Source: an uncultured Gemmatimonadales bacterium (lineage in GTDB: Bacteria > Gemmatimonadota > Gemmatimonadetes > Gemmatimonadales > Gemmatimonadaceae). Taken from it: a stretch of 64,000 nucleotides of DNA. Shown in pieces: positions 22,460 through 32,845 of the stretch (position 1 is its first letter; every line of letters starts with the position of its first letter). Location of the stretch: contig CAWKNZ010000006.1 of NCBI GenBank assembly GCA_963851265.1, positions 128,001-192,000 on the forward strand, given 5' to 3'. Under the pieces are notes generated by a model that saw only the letters and a program-made list of their open reading frames with translations, made no database searches and was not told the origin of the DNA. Both the position numbers and the translations under genes were made by a program.

Positions 22460-23698
22460 TTACGCCGTGACGATCGCGCGCGGGGCGTTGAGCCCGGTCG
22501 GCTGACCGCGCCTGCCCTGCTTCAGGAGCACGCGCGGCGCGGGCGCGAAGAACTCGTTGATCGGGAGCGTGGCGACGCCGAGTGCGGCGGCGTCGGCGCC
22601 CGCCGTCGAGGGAAGGAGCGACGGGCCGGTGACCTTCCCGCCCATGCGCCGCGCGGGCAACTCCGTCGCGACGCGTTCGAAGAGTCCGGCGAGCATACGT
22701 TCGGGCAGCCGGCCGCCGATGACGATCGCCTCCGGGTCGAACAGGTACTCGACCGCGAGGAGGAGATACGTGAGGTGCGCCGCGCCGGTGTCCATCCACG
22801 CGAGCAGCTCGGAATCGCCGGCGTCGAACAACGCCGCGAGATCGGCGGAGGTGCGCGCGTCGGTCCCGCGTGCGCGCAATCGCTCGTACAGGCGGGGGAT
22901 GTTGAAGTGCACGCCCACGTGCTCGTCGGCGTGCGGGCCCGTGCCGACGCCCGAGAGCAGGTACCCCAGTTCGCCGGCGTTCCCGGTGGCGCCCGTGTAG
23001 GGCCGGCCGTCGATGATGAGCCCGCCGCCGAGGCCGCTGCCCACGAATACGTAGAAGAACGTGTCGATGTCGCGCCCCGCGCCGTACCAGCGTTCGCCGA
23101 CCGCGGCGGCGGTGGCATTGTTCTCCAACAGCACGGGCAGGTCGAGCGTTCGGCCGAGCCGCGACGCGAGCGGCACGTCGTGCCAGTCGGGGAACGCGGT
23201 CGGCGTGACGACGTAGCCCGTGCCGCGTGGCGACGGGTGCATGAGGCCCGGCACGCCCACCCCCACGCCGCACACGCGCTCGCGCGCGGCGCCCTGTCGC
23301 GCGATGAGCGACTCGGCCATCGTGGCCATCATCTCGAGGGCCTCGTCGGGCGTGGGCAGGTTGATCTCGATGTGGGCGCGCTGGCGCACCGTGCCTGCGA
23401 GGTCGACGAGGACGCCGGTGAGGTGGTCGCGGTTGAAGTCGAGTCCGATCGAGAACGCGCCGTCCGGATTGATGGTCAGGTCGGTCGACGGCGCGCCGCG
23501 CGCTTCGGAGCGGCGGGGGGTCTCGATCACGAGGCCCAGGTCGATGAGTTCGCGGACGAGGTTGGAGACCGTCTGCCCGGTGAGGGCGGTGTGCCGCGAG
23601 ACGTCGGCGCGTGAGAGCGGGCCACGCAGCCGGACCGTCTCGTGGACGATCCGGAGGTTGAACTGCTTGGTGTGGAGCAGGTTCGAACCGGTGAGCAT
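22460..23698 (-). CDS. ROK family transcriptional regulator (XylR/NagC-like)
   Basis: N-terminal HTH SRADVSRHTALTGQTVSNLV; GVGVGVPG; LENNATAAAVGE; GSGLGGG; GNAGELG. Divergent from the mannan locus. Confidence 0.9.
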   Translation of the reverse strand: MLTGSNLLHTKQFNLRIVHETVRLRGPLSRADVSRHTALTGQTVSNLVRELIDLGLVIETPRRSEARGAPSTDLTINPDGAFSIGLDFNRDHLTGVLVDLAGTVRQRAHIEINLPTPDEALEMMATMAESLIARQGAARERVCGVGVGVPGLMHPSPRGTGYVVTPTAFPDWHDVPLASRLGRTLDLPVLLENNATAAAVGERWYGAGRDIDTFFYVFVGSGLGGGLIIDGRPYTGATGNAGELGYLLSGVGTGPHADEHVGVHFNIPRLYERLRARGTDARTSADLAALFDAGDSELLAWMDTGAAHLTYLLLAVEYLFDPEAIVIGGRLPERMLAGLFERVATELPARRMGGKVTGPSLLPSTAGADAAALGVATLPINEFFAPAPRVLLKQGRRGQPTGLNAPRAIVTA

Positions 23699-23790
23699 GG
23701 CGCGGTCGACGAGGGGGCCGCGGGAGCGATTTAGGCGGTCCCGTGCGGAAGTGGCTGCTTCCAACGCGGGGGTATGCTGCACACAAGGGA

Positions 23791-23811
23791 TTACAAAATC
23801 AACTTGACTAA
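23791..23811. promoter_or_regulatory. AT-rich imperfect palindrome, candidate ROK operator overlapping a -35-like TTGACT
   Basis: TTACAAAATCAACTTGACTAA (TTA-N3-AA-N5-TT-N3-TAA), a conspicuously AT-rich patch between the ROK gene and the PUL. Confidence 0.45.
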
Positions 23812-23852
23812 TGGAGCGTGTCGTTCCAGCATTGTGACATCCCGAGCACGAT

Positions 23853-23884
23853 TGAACCGGTTCACGCCGTGTGAGACCGGTTCA
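23853..23884. promoter_or_regulatory. Tandem LacI-type operator candidates
   Basis: Perfect palindrome TGAACCGGTTCA (23853-23864) followed by near-copy TGAGACCGGTTCA (23872-23884). Confidence 0.5.
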
Positions 23885-24069
23885 TCGCGGGCCGCACTGC
23901 CCGTCACACCTCCCGCCTGCCACACCCGCGCGTCGGCGCGCGAGCCGTCCCCTGTCGTCCCCGCCAGCCGTGCTCTTCCCCCCCGCGCGCCGTGCCCCGC
24001 AGCGCGCAGCCGTATCGCGCGTGCCGCTCGCTGCCGGCGCGCCGCCGGTCGCGCGTTCGCGCTGACGCC

Positions 24070-25572
24070 GTGCGACGGCTCGTTCTCGCCCTGGCGTCCG
24101 CCCTGCCGCTCGCGTCGGCCGCGACCGGCGCGCAGCCGCACGCGTCGTTACAACTGTCGCGGATCATCGGCGACGGCATGGTGATGCAGCGCGACGCGCA
24201 CGTGCCGGTGTGGGGCTCGGCGGCGCCGCACGCGCGCGTCGTGGTGGCGTTCGACGGGCGCGACTACGCGGCGACCGCCGACGCGGCCGGCCGCTGGGTG
24301 GCGACGCTGCCCGCCATGCCGGCGGGCGGCCCGCACGCGATGACCGTGGCCGCGGACGGCGAGCGCGTCGAGGTGCGCGACATCCTCGTCGGCGACGTGT
24401 GGGTCTGCTCGGGGCAGTCGAACATGGAGTTCGTGGTGCGCGACGCGGTGAACGGCGCGGCCGAGGCAGCCGCGGCGCACGACCCGCAGCTCCGGCACTT
24501 CAAAGTGCCGACCTCGTACGCGTGGTCGCCGAGCGACTCGCTGGTCGGCGGGGCGTGGGCGCCGGCCGACCCGCAGCACGCCGGGCAGTTCACCGCGGTC
24601 GGGTACTTCTTCGCGCGCGAGTTGCGCAAGTCGGTCGGCGTTCCGATCGGCCTGCTGCACACCTCGTGGGGCGGCAGCCGGATCGAGGCGTGGACGAGCG
24701 CCGAGGGGCTCGGGCTCGACGAGCGCGCCATCGCGCGCCTCGAGGCCGACGAGCGCGCGTACGAGGCGCGCACGCTCGACTCGTTGCGCGGCCGGGGGGG
24801 CGCGGTCACGGCCGGCGTGCCCGACGGGCAGCACATCAACAAGATTCCGACGCTGCTCTACAACCAGATGGTCCACCCCCTGCTGCCGTTCCCGGTCAAG
24901 GGCGTGCTCTGGTACCAGGGCGAGTCGAACGCCGACCGGTACGAGGATGCGGTCGCGTACCGCGCCCTGTTCGCCGGGATGATCCGCGACTGGCGCCGGC
25001 GCTGGGCGCTCGGCGACGTGCCGTTCCTCTGGGCGCAGCTGCCCAACTACATGCCGCCCGATACCGCGCCGGCGCTGCACAGCAACTGGGCGACGCTGCG
25101 CGAGTCGCAGGCGGCCGCGCTCGCCCTGCCCAACACCGGACAGGCCGTGACCGTCGACGTCGGCGAGACCGACAACATCCACCCGCGCGACAAGCAGGAC
25201 GTCGGCGCGCGGCTCGCGCTCGTGGCCCGCCGGCTGGTCTACGGCCAGGCGGTCGAGGCGTCGGGGCCGGTGCTGCGGTCGAGCCGGTTCGACGGCGGGC
25301 AGGTGGTGCTCGGCTTCGATCACGCCGAGGGGCTCACGGTGCGGCCGCGCGACCACGCGCCCGCGGTGCTCGGCGGGTTCGCCGTCGCGGGCGAGGACCG
25401 GAAGTTCGTGTGGGCGGGCGCGCGCGTCGAGGGCGGTCGCGTGGTCGTGTCGAGCGACCGCGTGCCGCACCCGGTCGCCGTCCGCTACGCGTGGGGCGAC
25501 AACCCCGACCGCGCCAACCTCTCCAACGCGGCGGGGCTGCCCGCGGCGCCCTTCCGCACGGACCGGTGGTAG
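24070..25572 (+). CDS. Secreted SASA/SGNH-type O-acetylesterase (probable mannan deacetylase)
   Basis: ORF 23992..25572; signal peptide; GDVWVCSGQSNM, WGGSRIEAW, WYQGESN, DNIHP, VAVRYAW, PAAPFRTD. Confidence 0.88.
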   Translation: MRRLVLALASALPLASAATGAQPHASLQLSRIIGDGMVMQRDAHVPVWGSAAPHARVVVAFDGRDYAATADAAGRWVATLPAMPAGGPHAMTVAADGERVEVRDILVGDVWVCSGQSNMEFVVRDAVNGAAEAAAAHDPQLRHFKVPTSYAWSPSDSLVGGAWAPADPQHAGQFTAVGYFFARELRKSVGVPIGLLHTSWGGSRIEAWTSAEGLGLDERAIARLEADERAYEARTLDSLRGRGGAVTAGVPDGQHINKIPTLLYNQMVHPLLPFPVKGVLWYQGESNADRYEDAVAYRALFAGMIRDWRRRWALGDVPFLWAQLPNYMPPDTAPALHSNWATLRESQAAALALPNTGQAVTVDVGETDNIHPRDKQDVGARLALVARRLVYGQAVEASGPVLRSSRFDGGQVVLGFDHAEGLTVRPRDHAPAVLGGFAVAGEDRKFVWAGARVEGGRVVVSSDRVPHPVAVRYAWGDNPDRANLSNAAGLPAAPFRTDRW

Positions 25573-25734
25573 GCCGCCGGGCACCATGTTAGGCACGACC
25601 CGCACGACCCGTAATCTCCCCGCGCGCGTCCTCGCACGCGCGCACGCACGCCCCGAGTTCCTCCCCACCGCCGTGCCGCTCCGCGCCACGACACGAGTGG
25701 TTGCCGCTCACTTCACCTGTTGGAGACGTACGTC

Positions 25735-28700
25735 ATGAAGTTCCGTAGGGAAGCAATCGTCTCGTCGGCGGTGGTCGCCGCGTGCATGGGTGCGACCGGG
25801 CTGCACGCCCAGGCGCCGACCGGCGTCGTGTCGGGGCGCGTCGTCGCGAGTTCGTCGCCGGCGGCCTCGCAGGCCGCGGCGGCCGCGTCGTCGAAGATCG
25901 CGTCGCAGGGTGCCCCTGTCTCGCAGGGCAACGCCAGCCAGTCGCCGCTCGCCGGCGCGCGCGTGTCGGTGGTCGGCACCTCGATCCAGACGATCGTGCG
26001 CGAGGACGGACGCTACGTGCTGCCGCGGGTGCCCGCGGGCCCGCAGCGAATCCGCGTCAACCTCGTCGGCTTCGCGCCGCAGGAGCAGGCCGTGACGGTC
26101 GTCGCCGGGCAGCCGGCGACGGTCAACTTCGGGCTGCAGGCGACCGCCGTCGCGCTCAGCAACGTCGTCGTCATCGGCTACGGCACGCAGCGCCGCGAGG
26201 ACCTCACGGGGTCCATCGCGTCGGTCAACTCGCAGGACATCCAGAAGACCGCGGTCAACACGCTCGAGCAGGGCCTGCAGGGGCGCGTGCCGGGCGTGCA
26301 GGTCACGCAGGGCGACGCGGCCCCGGGCGGCGGGATCCGCGTGCAGATCCGCGGTACGAACTCGATGAACCCGGGCAGCGCGCAGCCGCTCTACGTCATC
26401 GACGGCGTGCCGGTGGGCAGCAGCGGCACGAAGGACGCCGGCAGCACGAGCGACCCGAGCCTCGTCTCGCTCACCCAGACCAACCCGCTCGCCGAGATCG
26501 CGCCCGAGGACATCGAGTCGATCGACATTCTCAAGGACGCGTCGGCGACGGCGATCTACGGCAGCCGCGGCGCCAACGGCGTCGTGATGATCACGACGAA
26601 GCGCGGGCGCCGGAACAGCGGCGGGCAGTACACGCTCAACGTCTCGCAGGGCGTCGCGAGCACCGTGCGCGAGGTCCCGGTGCTCAGCGCGCCGCAGTAC
26701 GCGACGTACGTCAACCAGGCCTTCATCAACGCGTACGGCCCGGCGACGCAGTACCCGTACGGCGGCCGCCCGGGCTCGCTGACCCCGGACAGCATCCAGA
26801 AGGTGATGGGCTCCGGCACCGACTGGCAGAGCCTGATCTACCGCAACGCGCCGCTGAGCGACGCGAACATCGGCGCCTCGGGCGGCGACGACCGCGGCAG
26901 CTACGCGGTCAGCGGCAACCTGCTGCAGCAGCAGGGCGTGATCAACGGCTCGGAGTTCAAGCGCGGCGGCCTGCGCTTCAACCTCGACCGCAACGTCACC
27001 GAGCGGTTCCGCCTCTCGACGAACGTCACGCTCACGCGCTCCGTGAACAACATGGTGCGCACCTCGACGATCAACGGCTACAACGCGATCGGCGTCGTGC
27101 GCGACGCGATCACCTACACGCCGATCTGGCGCACCGACAGCACCAAGACCGACCCGCGCGCGGAGGACCCGACGACGCTGGCGAACTTCGGGTCGAACCC
27201 GCTGCGCTACACCGACGAGGTGAGCGAGAACGACCAGGTCACGCGCGGCCTCGGCGGCGTCCGCGGCACGGTGACGCTCGGCAAGGGCTTCTCGTTCGAC
27301 CAGAACATCGGCGCGAACTACGAGTCGCGGAACTACGGCGTCTACTACCCGAGCACGGTCAACGAGGGGCGCACGTCGGGGGGCGACGCGATCCAGGCGC
27401 CCTCGCTGTACAACAACATCCTGAGCGAGAGCTGGCTGCGCTACGCGGGCGGGCTCGGCGCGAACCAGCGCGTCGACGCGATCGCCGGCTACACGTTCCA
27501 GAACGACCGCAGCACCTGGAACCAGCAGGAGGTCCAGGGCTTCCCGAACGACATCCTCGGCGGGAACGTCCTCCAGAACGGCACCGTGCCGCTGACGCCG
27601 CAGAGCGGGATCTCGACGTCGCAGCTCGCGTCGTGGCTCGCGCGCGTGAACTACCAGCTCCTCGACCGCTACCTGCTCACCGGGACCGTGCGCGCCGACG
27701 GTTCGTCGCGGTTCGCGGCGAACAACAAGTGGGCGACGTTCCCCGCGGTGGCGTTCGCGTGGCGCGCGTCGGAGGAGCCGTTCCTCCGCGGCCAGCGGCT
27801 GTTCAGCGACCTCAAGGTGCGCCTCAGCTACGGCAAGTCGGGCAACCAGGCGATCAACCCGTATCAGTCGCTGCCGGCGATCGGCGGCATCACGGGCGTG
27901 ACGCAGAACGAGACGACGGTGCCGGCGTACGCGATCACGCAGCTCGGCAACCCGAACCTCAAGTGGGAGACCACCAACCAGTTCGACGGCGGCCTCGACC
28001 TCGGCGCGTTCAACAACCGCCTGACCGGCACGTTCGACTACTACCACAAGAACACCTACGACCTGCTGCAGCAGATCACGCTCGCGCAGAACACGGGCTT
28101 CGGGAACACGTGGATCAACTCGGGCAACGTGACCAACCGCGGCATCGAGTTCCTGGTGGGCTACGACGTGCTGCGCAGCGCGCGCAAGGGCGGCCTCACG
28201 TGGAACACGAGCATCAACGCGTCGCACAACGTGAACCGCATCGTGAGCCTCGGGAACGGCATCCAGCAGCAGTTCGCCACCCGGCTCGGCGCGGGCGGTA
28301 ACCTCGAGGCCACGCCGTTCATCCAGAAGGTCGGGCTGCCGATCGGCGCGATGTGGGGCTACACGACGGCCGGCATCGTACAGAACGCCGCCGACTCGGC
28401 CGCGTACGCGAAGGTCCTCGGCGCGGCGGCGCACATCGGCGACCTGAAGTACGCCGACATCAACGGCGACGGGAAGGTCGACGCCAATGACCAGCACGTG
28501 ATCGGCGACGCCAACCCGAAGTGGACGTGGGGGTGGAACAACACGTTCCGGATCGGGAAGTTCGACGCGAGCGCGCTCGTCATCGCGGTGAAGGGCAACA
28601 GCATCATCAACGCCGAGCGCATGCGGTACATCACGATGAACGGCAGCATCAACATCCCGACGTACTACCTGCAGAACGCGTTCGACCCGAAGACCAACCC

Positions 28701-29001
28701 GAACGGCACGTTCCCGATGATCCTCCAGAGCCGGCAGGCGGACACGCGGTTCTCGGACATCTACATCGAGGACGGCTCGTTCGTCCGCCTGAAGAACGTC
28801 CAGCTCGGCTACAACGTCAGCCTGCCGCGCGTGCACAGCGCGCGCGTGTACGTGAACGGCATCAACCTGCTCACGCACACGCGCTACACGGGCTACGACC
28901 CCGAGGTCAGCGCCTTCGGCGACCCGGCCCACCCCGGGGTGGACCTCGGCAGCTACCCGCAGCAGCGCACGTTCACGTTCGGCGTCAACACCTCCTTCTG
29001 A
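25735..29001 (+). CDS. SusC/RagA TonB-dependent outer-membrane transporter (mannan locus)
   Basis: VVVIGYGTQ, PLYVIDG, DIESIDILKDASATAIYGSRGANGVVMITTK, RADGSSRF, NPNLKWETT, C-terminal Phe; GGAG upstream. Confidence 0.95.
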   Translation: MKFRREAIVSSAVVAACMGATGLHAQAPTGVVSGRVVASSSPAASQAAAAASSKIASQGAPVSQGNASQSPLAGARVSVVGTSIQTIVREDGRYVLPRVPAGPQRIRVNLVGFAPQEQAVTVVAGQPATVNFGLQATAVALSNVVVIGYGTQRREDLTGSIASVNSQDIQKTAVNTLEQGLQGRVPGVQVTQGDAAPGGGIRVQIRGTNSMNPGSAQPLYVIDGVPVGSSGTKDAGSTSDPSLVSLTQTNPLAEIAPEDIESIDILKDASATAIYGSRGANGVVMITTKRGRRNSGGQYTLNVSQGVASTVREVPVLSAPQYATYVNQAFINAYGPATQYPYGGRPGSLTPDSIQKVMGSGTDWQSLIYRNAPLSDANIGASGGDDRGSYAVSGNLLQQQGVINGSEFKRGGLRFNLDRNVTERFRLSTNVTLTRSVNNMVRTSTINGYNAIGVVRDAITYTPIWRTDSTKTDPRAEDPTTLANFGSNPLRYTDEVSENDQVTRGLGGVRGTVTLGKGFSFDQNIGANYESRNYGVYYPSTVNEGRTSGGDAIQAPSLYNNILSESWLRYAGGLGANQRVDAIAGYTFQNDRSTWNQQEVQGFPNDILGGNVLQNGTVPLTPQSGISTSQLASWLARVNYQLLDRYLLTGTVRADGSSRFAANNKWATFPAVAFAWRASEEPFLRGQRLFSDLKVRLSYGKSGNQAINPYQSLPAIGGITGVTQNETTVPAYAITQLGNPNLKWETTNQFDGGLDLGAFNNRLTGTFDYYHKNTYDLLQQITLAQNTGFGNTWINSGNVTNRGIEFLVGYDVLRSARKGGLTWNTSINASHNVNRIVSLGNGIQQQFATRLGAGGNLEATPFIQKVGLPIGAMWGYTTAGIVQNAADSAAYAKVLGAAAHIGDLKYADINGDGKVDANDQHVIGDANPKWTWGWNNTFRIGKFDASALVIAVKGNSIINAERMRYITMNGSINIPTYYLQNAFDPKTNPNGTFPMILQSRQADTRFSDIYIEDGSFVRLKNVQLGYNVSLPRVHSARVYVNGINLLTHTRYTGYDPEVSAFGDPAHPGVDLGSYPQQRTFTFGVNTSF

Positions 29002-29015
29002 GCAGCACCCGACCC

Positions 29016-30719
29016 ATGACTTTCTATCGGACAGTGACGCGGACCGCGGCGGTCCTCGCGGCCGCCGCCCTCGGGCTCGCGGGCTGCAAGGACGCCACGA
29101 GCCTTCCGGAAACGGCGCAGACCTTCGTCTCGCCCGACCGGTACTACCAGAACGACGCGCAGGCGGCGGCGGCCGTGAACGGCGCGTACGCGCCGATCAT
29201 GGGCTGGAACGGGTGGAAGTCGCCCGCCCAGTACTCCGTGATGTGCGACGACAACGAGATGACCTGCTGGAACTGGATGGCGGGCGGCTGGGCCGGGCAG
29301 CAGGGCGGCCAGTGGTACATGCAGGACAACAGCCTCTACATCGGCGACTACCAGATCATCGAGCGGGCGAACGAGATCCTGGCGAACGTGCCGAAGAGCA
29401 CGGGGATCACGGACGCGATGAAGAAGACGGCCACCGGCCAGGCGTACTTCGCCCGGGGGTACGCCTACTTCGACCTCGTCCGGCGCTACGGCGGCGTCCC
29501 GATCCGCACGGCGCAGTACACGCCCGACCCCCAGAACGGGGCGATGGCGCGGGCCGAGCCCGGGGCGGTGTGGAAGCAGGCCGCGAGCGACCTGCGCCAG
29601 TCGACGGCGCTGCTGCCGGCCACGTACACCACGCCTAACGGCCAGGGACTGCCGCGCCTCGCGACGGCGTGGGGGCTCCTCGCCAAGGTCTACCTGCACA
29701 TGGCCGGCGCCGAGGCGGTCGGCACGTCGCTCGCGTCGGCGAAATCGGCGTACATCGACTCGGCGCGCGCGGCGGCGCAGCTCGAAATGGCCGACGCGTC
29801 GGTCACGCTCGAGCCGGACTACATGGCGCTGTACGACATCAACAAGCAGAACACGAGCCCCGAGATCCTCTTCGCGGCGCAGGGCGCCGCGGTGAACAAC
29901 GGCGGCTCGCAGATCCCGGCGTTCCTCACCCCGCAGGGCGACTGCACGCTGATCGGCGGCTGCGGGATGGGGTTCCTCAGCATCCGCGAGGACTTCTACC
30001 GCGGCTTCGAGGCGGGCGACGCGCGCGTCGCGCCGAACAAGGCGGTCGCGATGTCGTGGGAGTACACGCGGAGCGCCGCCGGGAAGATCCGCGTCCTGCA
30101 GACCGACTCGCTCGCGAAGCTCAAGGCCTCGGGGCTGGTCGTCAGCGACAAGACGTTCAACTACGGCGCGTGGACGGAGGCGTGCGCGGCGTTCGGGACC
30201 AACCTCGACTCGCTCACCGTGCAGAACCCGTCCACCGGCGCGACGACCACCTCGGTGATCGGCGTGTCGCGGCCGCTCTACAGCCTCAAGTACATCGACC
30301 CGCAGCACCTCACGTCCGACCAGGCGGCGGCGAACAACTTCATCCTGCTGCGCCACGCCGACGTGCTGCTCGTGTTCGCCGAAGCGGAGAACGAGAAGAA
30401 CGGCCCGACGGCTGCCGCCTACAGCGCGATCAACAAGGTGCGCGCCCGCGCGGCCCTGAAGCCGCTCGCCGGGCTGAGCCAGGACCAGTTCCGCCAGGCG
30501 GTGTGGACGGAGCGCGAGCACGAGCTCTACGCGGAGTTCCAGGCGCGCTTCGACCTCGTCCGCGAGGGGCGCTGGCTCGCCCTGATGAACGCGCCGTCGA
30601 CCGTGTCGGACCTCGCGACCGGCCCGTGCCGCCCGCGGCAGTCGTTCCAGGTGCTGCAGAACATCCCGGGCCGCGAGCTGTCGGCCAACCCGCTGATGAC
30701 GCAGAACCCGGGCTACTGA
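29016..30719 (+). CDS. SusD/RagB glycan-binding lipoprotein (mannan locus)
   Basis: Lipobox LGLAGC; ARGYAYFDLVRRYGGVPI; LLAKVYL; LRHADVLLVFAEA; EREHEL..E..RFDLVR; QNPGY end. Confidence 0.93.
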   Translation: MTFYRTVTRTAAVLAAAALGLAGCKDATSLPETAQTFVSPDRYYQNDAQAAAAVNGAYAPIMGWNGWKSPAQYSVMCDDNEMTCWNWMAGGWAGQQGGQWYMQDNSLYIGDYQIIERANEILANVPKSTGITDAMKKTATGQAYFARGYAYFDLVRRYGGVPIRTAQYTPDPQNGAMARAEPGAVWKQAASDLRQSTALLPATYTTPNGQGLPRLATAWGLLAKVYLHMAGAEAVGTSLASAKSAYIDSARAAAQLEMADASVTLEPDYMALYDINKQNTSPEILFAAQGAAVNNGGSQIPAFLTPQGDCTLIGGCGMGFLSIREDFYRGFEAGDARVAPNKAVAMSWEYTRSAAGKIRVLQTDSLAKLKASGLVVSDKTFNYGAWTEACAAFGTNLDSLTVQNPSTGATTTSVIGVSRPLYSLKYIDPQHLTSDQAAANNFILLRHADVLLVFAEAENEKNGPTAAAYSAINKVRARAALKPLAGLSQDQFRQAVWTEREHELYAEFQARFDLVREGRWLALMNAPSTVSDLATGPCRPRQSFQVLQNIPGRELSANPLMTQNPGY

Positions 30720-30739
30720 GCGGGCCGCCGCTGGACGAC

Positions 30740-30801
30740 GGACCCCCGCTTCCGCGGGGGTGACACCCCTCGTGCAGTCGCCCCCGCGCAGGCGGGGGTC
30801 C
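30740..30801. repeat. Inverted pair of 25-bp REP-like palindromic units
   Basis: GGACCCCCGCTTCCGCGGGGGTGAC (30740-30764) and inverted near-copy GTCGCCCCCGCGCAGGCGGGGGTCC (30777-30801). Confidence 0.75.
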
Positions 30802-30837
30802 ACCTCTCCCTCGCGACCGCGGTAGCCACAACGCCCC

Positions 30838-32775
30838 GTGAACCTTCATCCGGTCGACCTGCTCATCATCGGCGCGTACCTCGCGTCGACCGTCGCCGTC
30901 GGCTTCTGGATCTCGAAGCGCGCGTCGCGCAACCTGAAGAGCTACTTCCTCGGCGGCAACGAGATCTCGTGGTGGATGCTGGGCGTGTCGAACGCCTCCG
31001 GGATGTTCGACATCAGCGGGACGATGTGGCTGGTGTACCTGCTGTTCGTGTACGGGTTGAAGAGCGTCTGGATCCCGTGGCTCTGGCCGATCTTCAACCA
31101 GATCTTCCTGATGATCTTCCTCTCGGTCTGGCTCCGGCGGTCCGGAGTCATGACCGGGGCGGAGTGGATCACGTTCCGCTTCGGGCGCGGGCGCGGGGCG
31201 AACCTCGCGCACCTCAGCGTGGTGGCGTTCGCGCTCATCAACGTGATCGGCTTTCTGGCCTACGCGTTCATCGGCGTGGGCAAGTTCGCGGCGACGTTCC
31301 TCCCGTACCACCTCTCGGCCGACCCGGCGACTAACGTCAACCTGTGGGGGCTGCTGATCACCGCGCTCACGACGGTCTACGTGGTGAAGGGCGGGATGTT
31401 CTCGGTGGTGTTCACCGAGGTGTTGCAGGCGGTGCTCAAGACGATCGCTTGCGTCTGGATCGGGGTCATCGCCATGCAGCGCGTGAGTCCGGCGATGCTG
31501 CGCGCGGCGGTGCCGGCCGGGTGGTACTCGCCGGCGTTCGGGTGGAAGCTCGACCTCGACTGGTCGCGCCTGATGCCGGCCGCGAACGCACGGATCGCGC
31601 AGGACGGGTGGACGCTGTTCGGCGCGTTCTTCATGATGGTGGTGTTCAAGGGCGTGCTGCTGAGCCTCGCCGGCCCCGCGCCCAACTACGACATGCAGCG
31701 CGTGCTCTCGACGCGCACGCCGCGCGACGCGGCGAAGATGAGCGGGCTCGTGAGCCTCGTGCTCATGCCGTTCCGCTACATGCTCATCACCGCGCTCGCG
31801 GTGCTCGCGCTCGCGTTCTACAGCCCGCAGCTGCGCGCGATGGGCGACAAGGTGGACTTCGAGCTCATCCTCCCGTTCACGATGCGCAACTTCGTGCCGA
31901 CGGGGCTCCTCGGGCTGCTGATCGCCGCGCTGCTCGCCGCGTTCATGGCGACCTACTCCGCGACCGTGAACGCCGCGCCGGCGTACATCGTCAACGACAT
32001 CTACCGACGGTACGTCCGGCCGGACGCCGACCAGCGGACGCTCGTGCGGATGAGCTACGTGACGTCGGTGCTCGTCGTGGTGATCGGGACCGGGATCGGG
32101 TTCTTCGTCACGTCGCTCAACGACATCGTGCAGTGGATCGTCTCGGCGCTCTACGGCGGGTACGTCGCGGCCAACGTGCTGAAGTGGTACTGGTGGCGCT
32201 TCAACAGCTACGGGTACTTCTGGGGCATGGGCGGCGGGATCCTCGCGTCGCTCGTCGTGCCCAAGCTCATGCCCGACGTCTCCGCGATCTACGCGTTCCC
32301 GGTGATCCTCGCCGCGTCGGTGATCGGCTGCATCGCCGGCACGCTCGCGACGCCGCCGGACGACGAGGAGGTGTTGAAGCAGTTCTACCTCAAGACGCGG
32401 CCGTGGGGCTTCTGGGGCCCGATCCACGCGAAGCTCGCCCAAGAGCACCCGGGCCTCGAGCGTAACACGGGGTTCATGCGCGACGCGACCAACGTGCTCG
32501 TGGGCGTCCTCTGGCAGACCGCGCTCGTCGCGACGGGGATCTTCCTCGTGCTGCAGGAGTTCACCGCGTTCGCGGCGGCGATGACGACGGTGCTCGTGAC
32601 GTCCGCGGTGCTCAAATTCAACTGGTTCGACAAGCTGGAGGACTACCCCGCCGACCTCGCCGTGACCACGGCCGGGCGGCCGGCGGACGATCCGCCCGGG
32701 CGACTCGCCGCGGCCCGCGACGCGACGCGCCCGGCCGCCGGCGCACCGGCCGCGGCGCCGGTGGCCGGCGACTAA
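30838..32775 (+). CDS. Sodium:solute symporter (probable mannobiose importer)
   Basis: Many TM segments; [33 protein letters not shown]; lies directly upstream of GH130. Confidence 0.9.
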   Translation: MNLHPVDLLIIGAYLASTVAVGFWISKRASRNLKSYFLGGNEISWWMLGVSNASGMFDISGTMWLVYLLFVYGLKSVWIPWLWPIFNQIFLMIFLSVWLRRSGVMTGAEWITFRFGRGRGANLAHLSVVAFALINVIGFLAYAFIGVGKFAATFLPYHLSADPATNVNLWGLLITALTTVYVVKGGMFSVVFTEVLQAVLKTIACVWIGVIAMQRVSPAMLRAAVPAGWYSPAFGWKLDLDWSRLMPAANARIAQDGWTLFGAFFMMVVFKGVLLSLAGPAPNYDMQRVLSTRTPRDAAKMSGLVSLVLMPFRYMLITALAVLALAFYSPQLRAMGDKVDFELILPFTMRNFVPTGLLGLLIAALLAAFMATYSATVNAAPAYIVNDIYRRYVRPDADQRTLVRMSYVTSVLVVVIGTGIGFFVTSLNDIVQWIVSALYGGYVAANVLKWYWWRFNSYGYFWGMGGGILASLVVPKLMPDVSAIYAFPVILAASVIGCIAGTLATPPDDEEVLKQFYLKTRPWGFWGPIHAKLAQEHPGLERNTGFMRDATNVLVGVLWQTALVATGIFLVLQEFTAFAAAMTTVLVTSAVLKFNWFDKLEDYPADLAVTTAGRPADDPPGRLAAARDATRPAAGAPAAAPVAGD

Positions 32776-32845
32776 CGACCGCCGTACGCGTTCCGCCGCA
32801 CCGCGCTACCGCACACACCACCCGACGCACTCCCGCAGCCGCCGC

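Noticed and set aside
25708..28932. 1074-aa ORF antisense to susC (likewise 49568..52321 and other long Arg/Ala-rich ORFs)
   Set aside because: High-GC codon bias leaves shadow frames open; no motifs, and they fully overlap well-supported genes.
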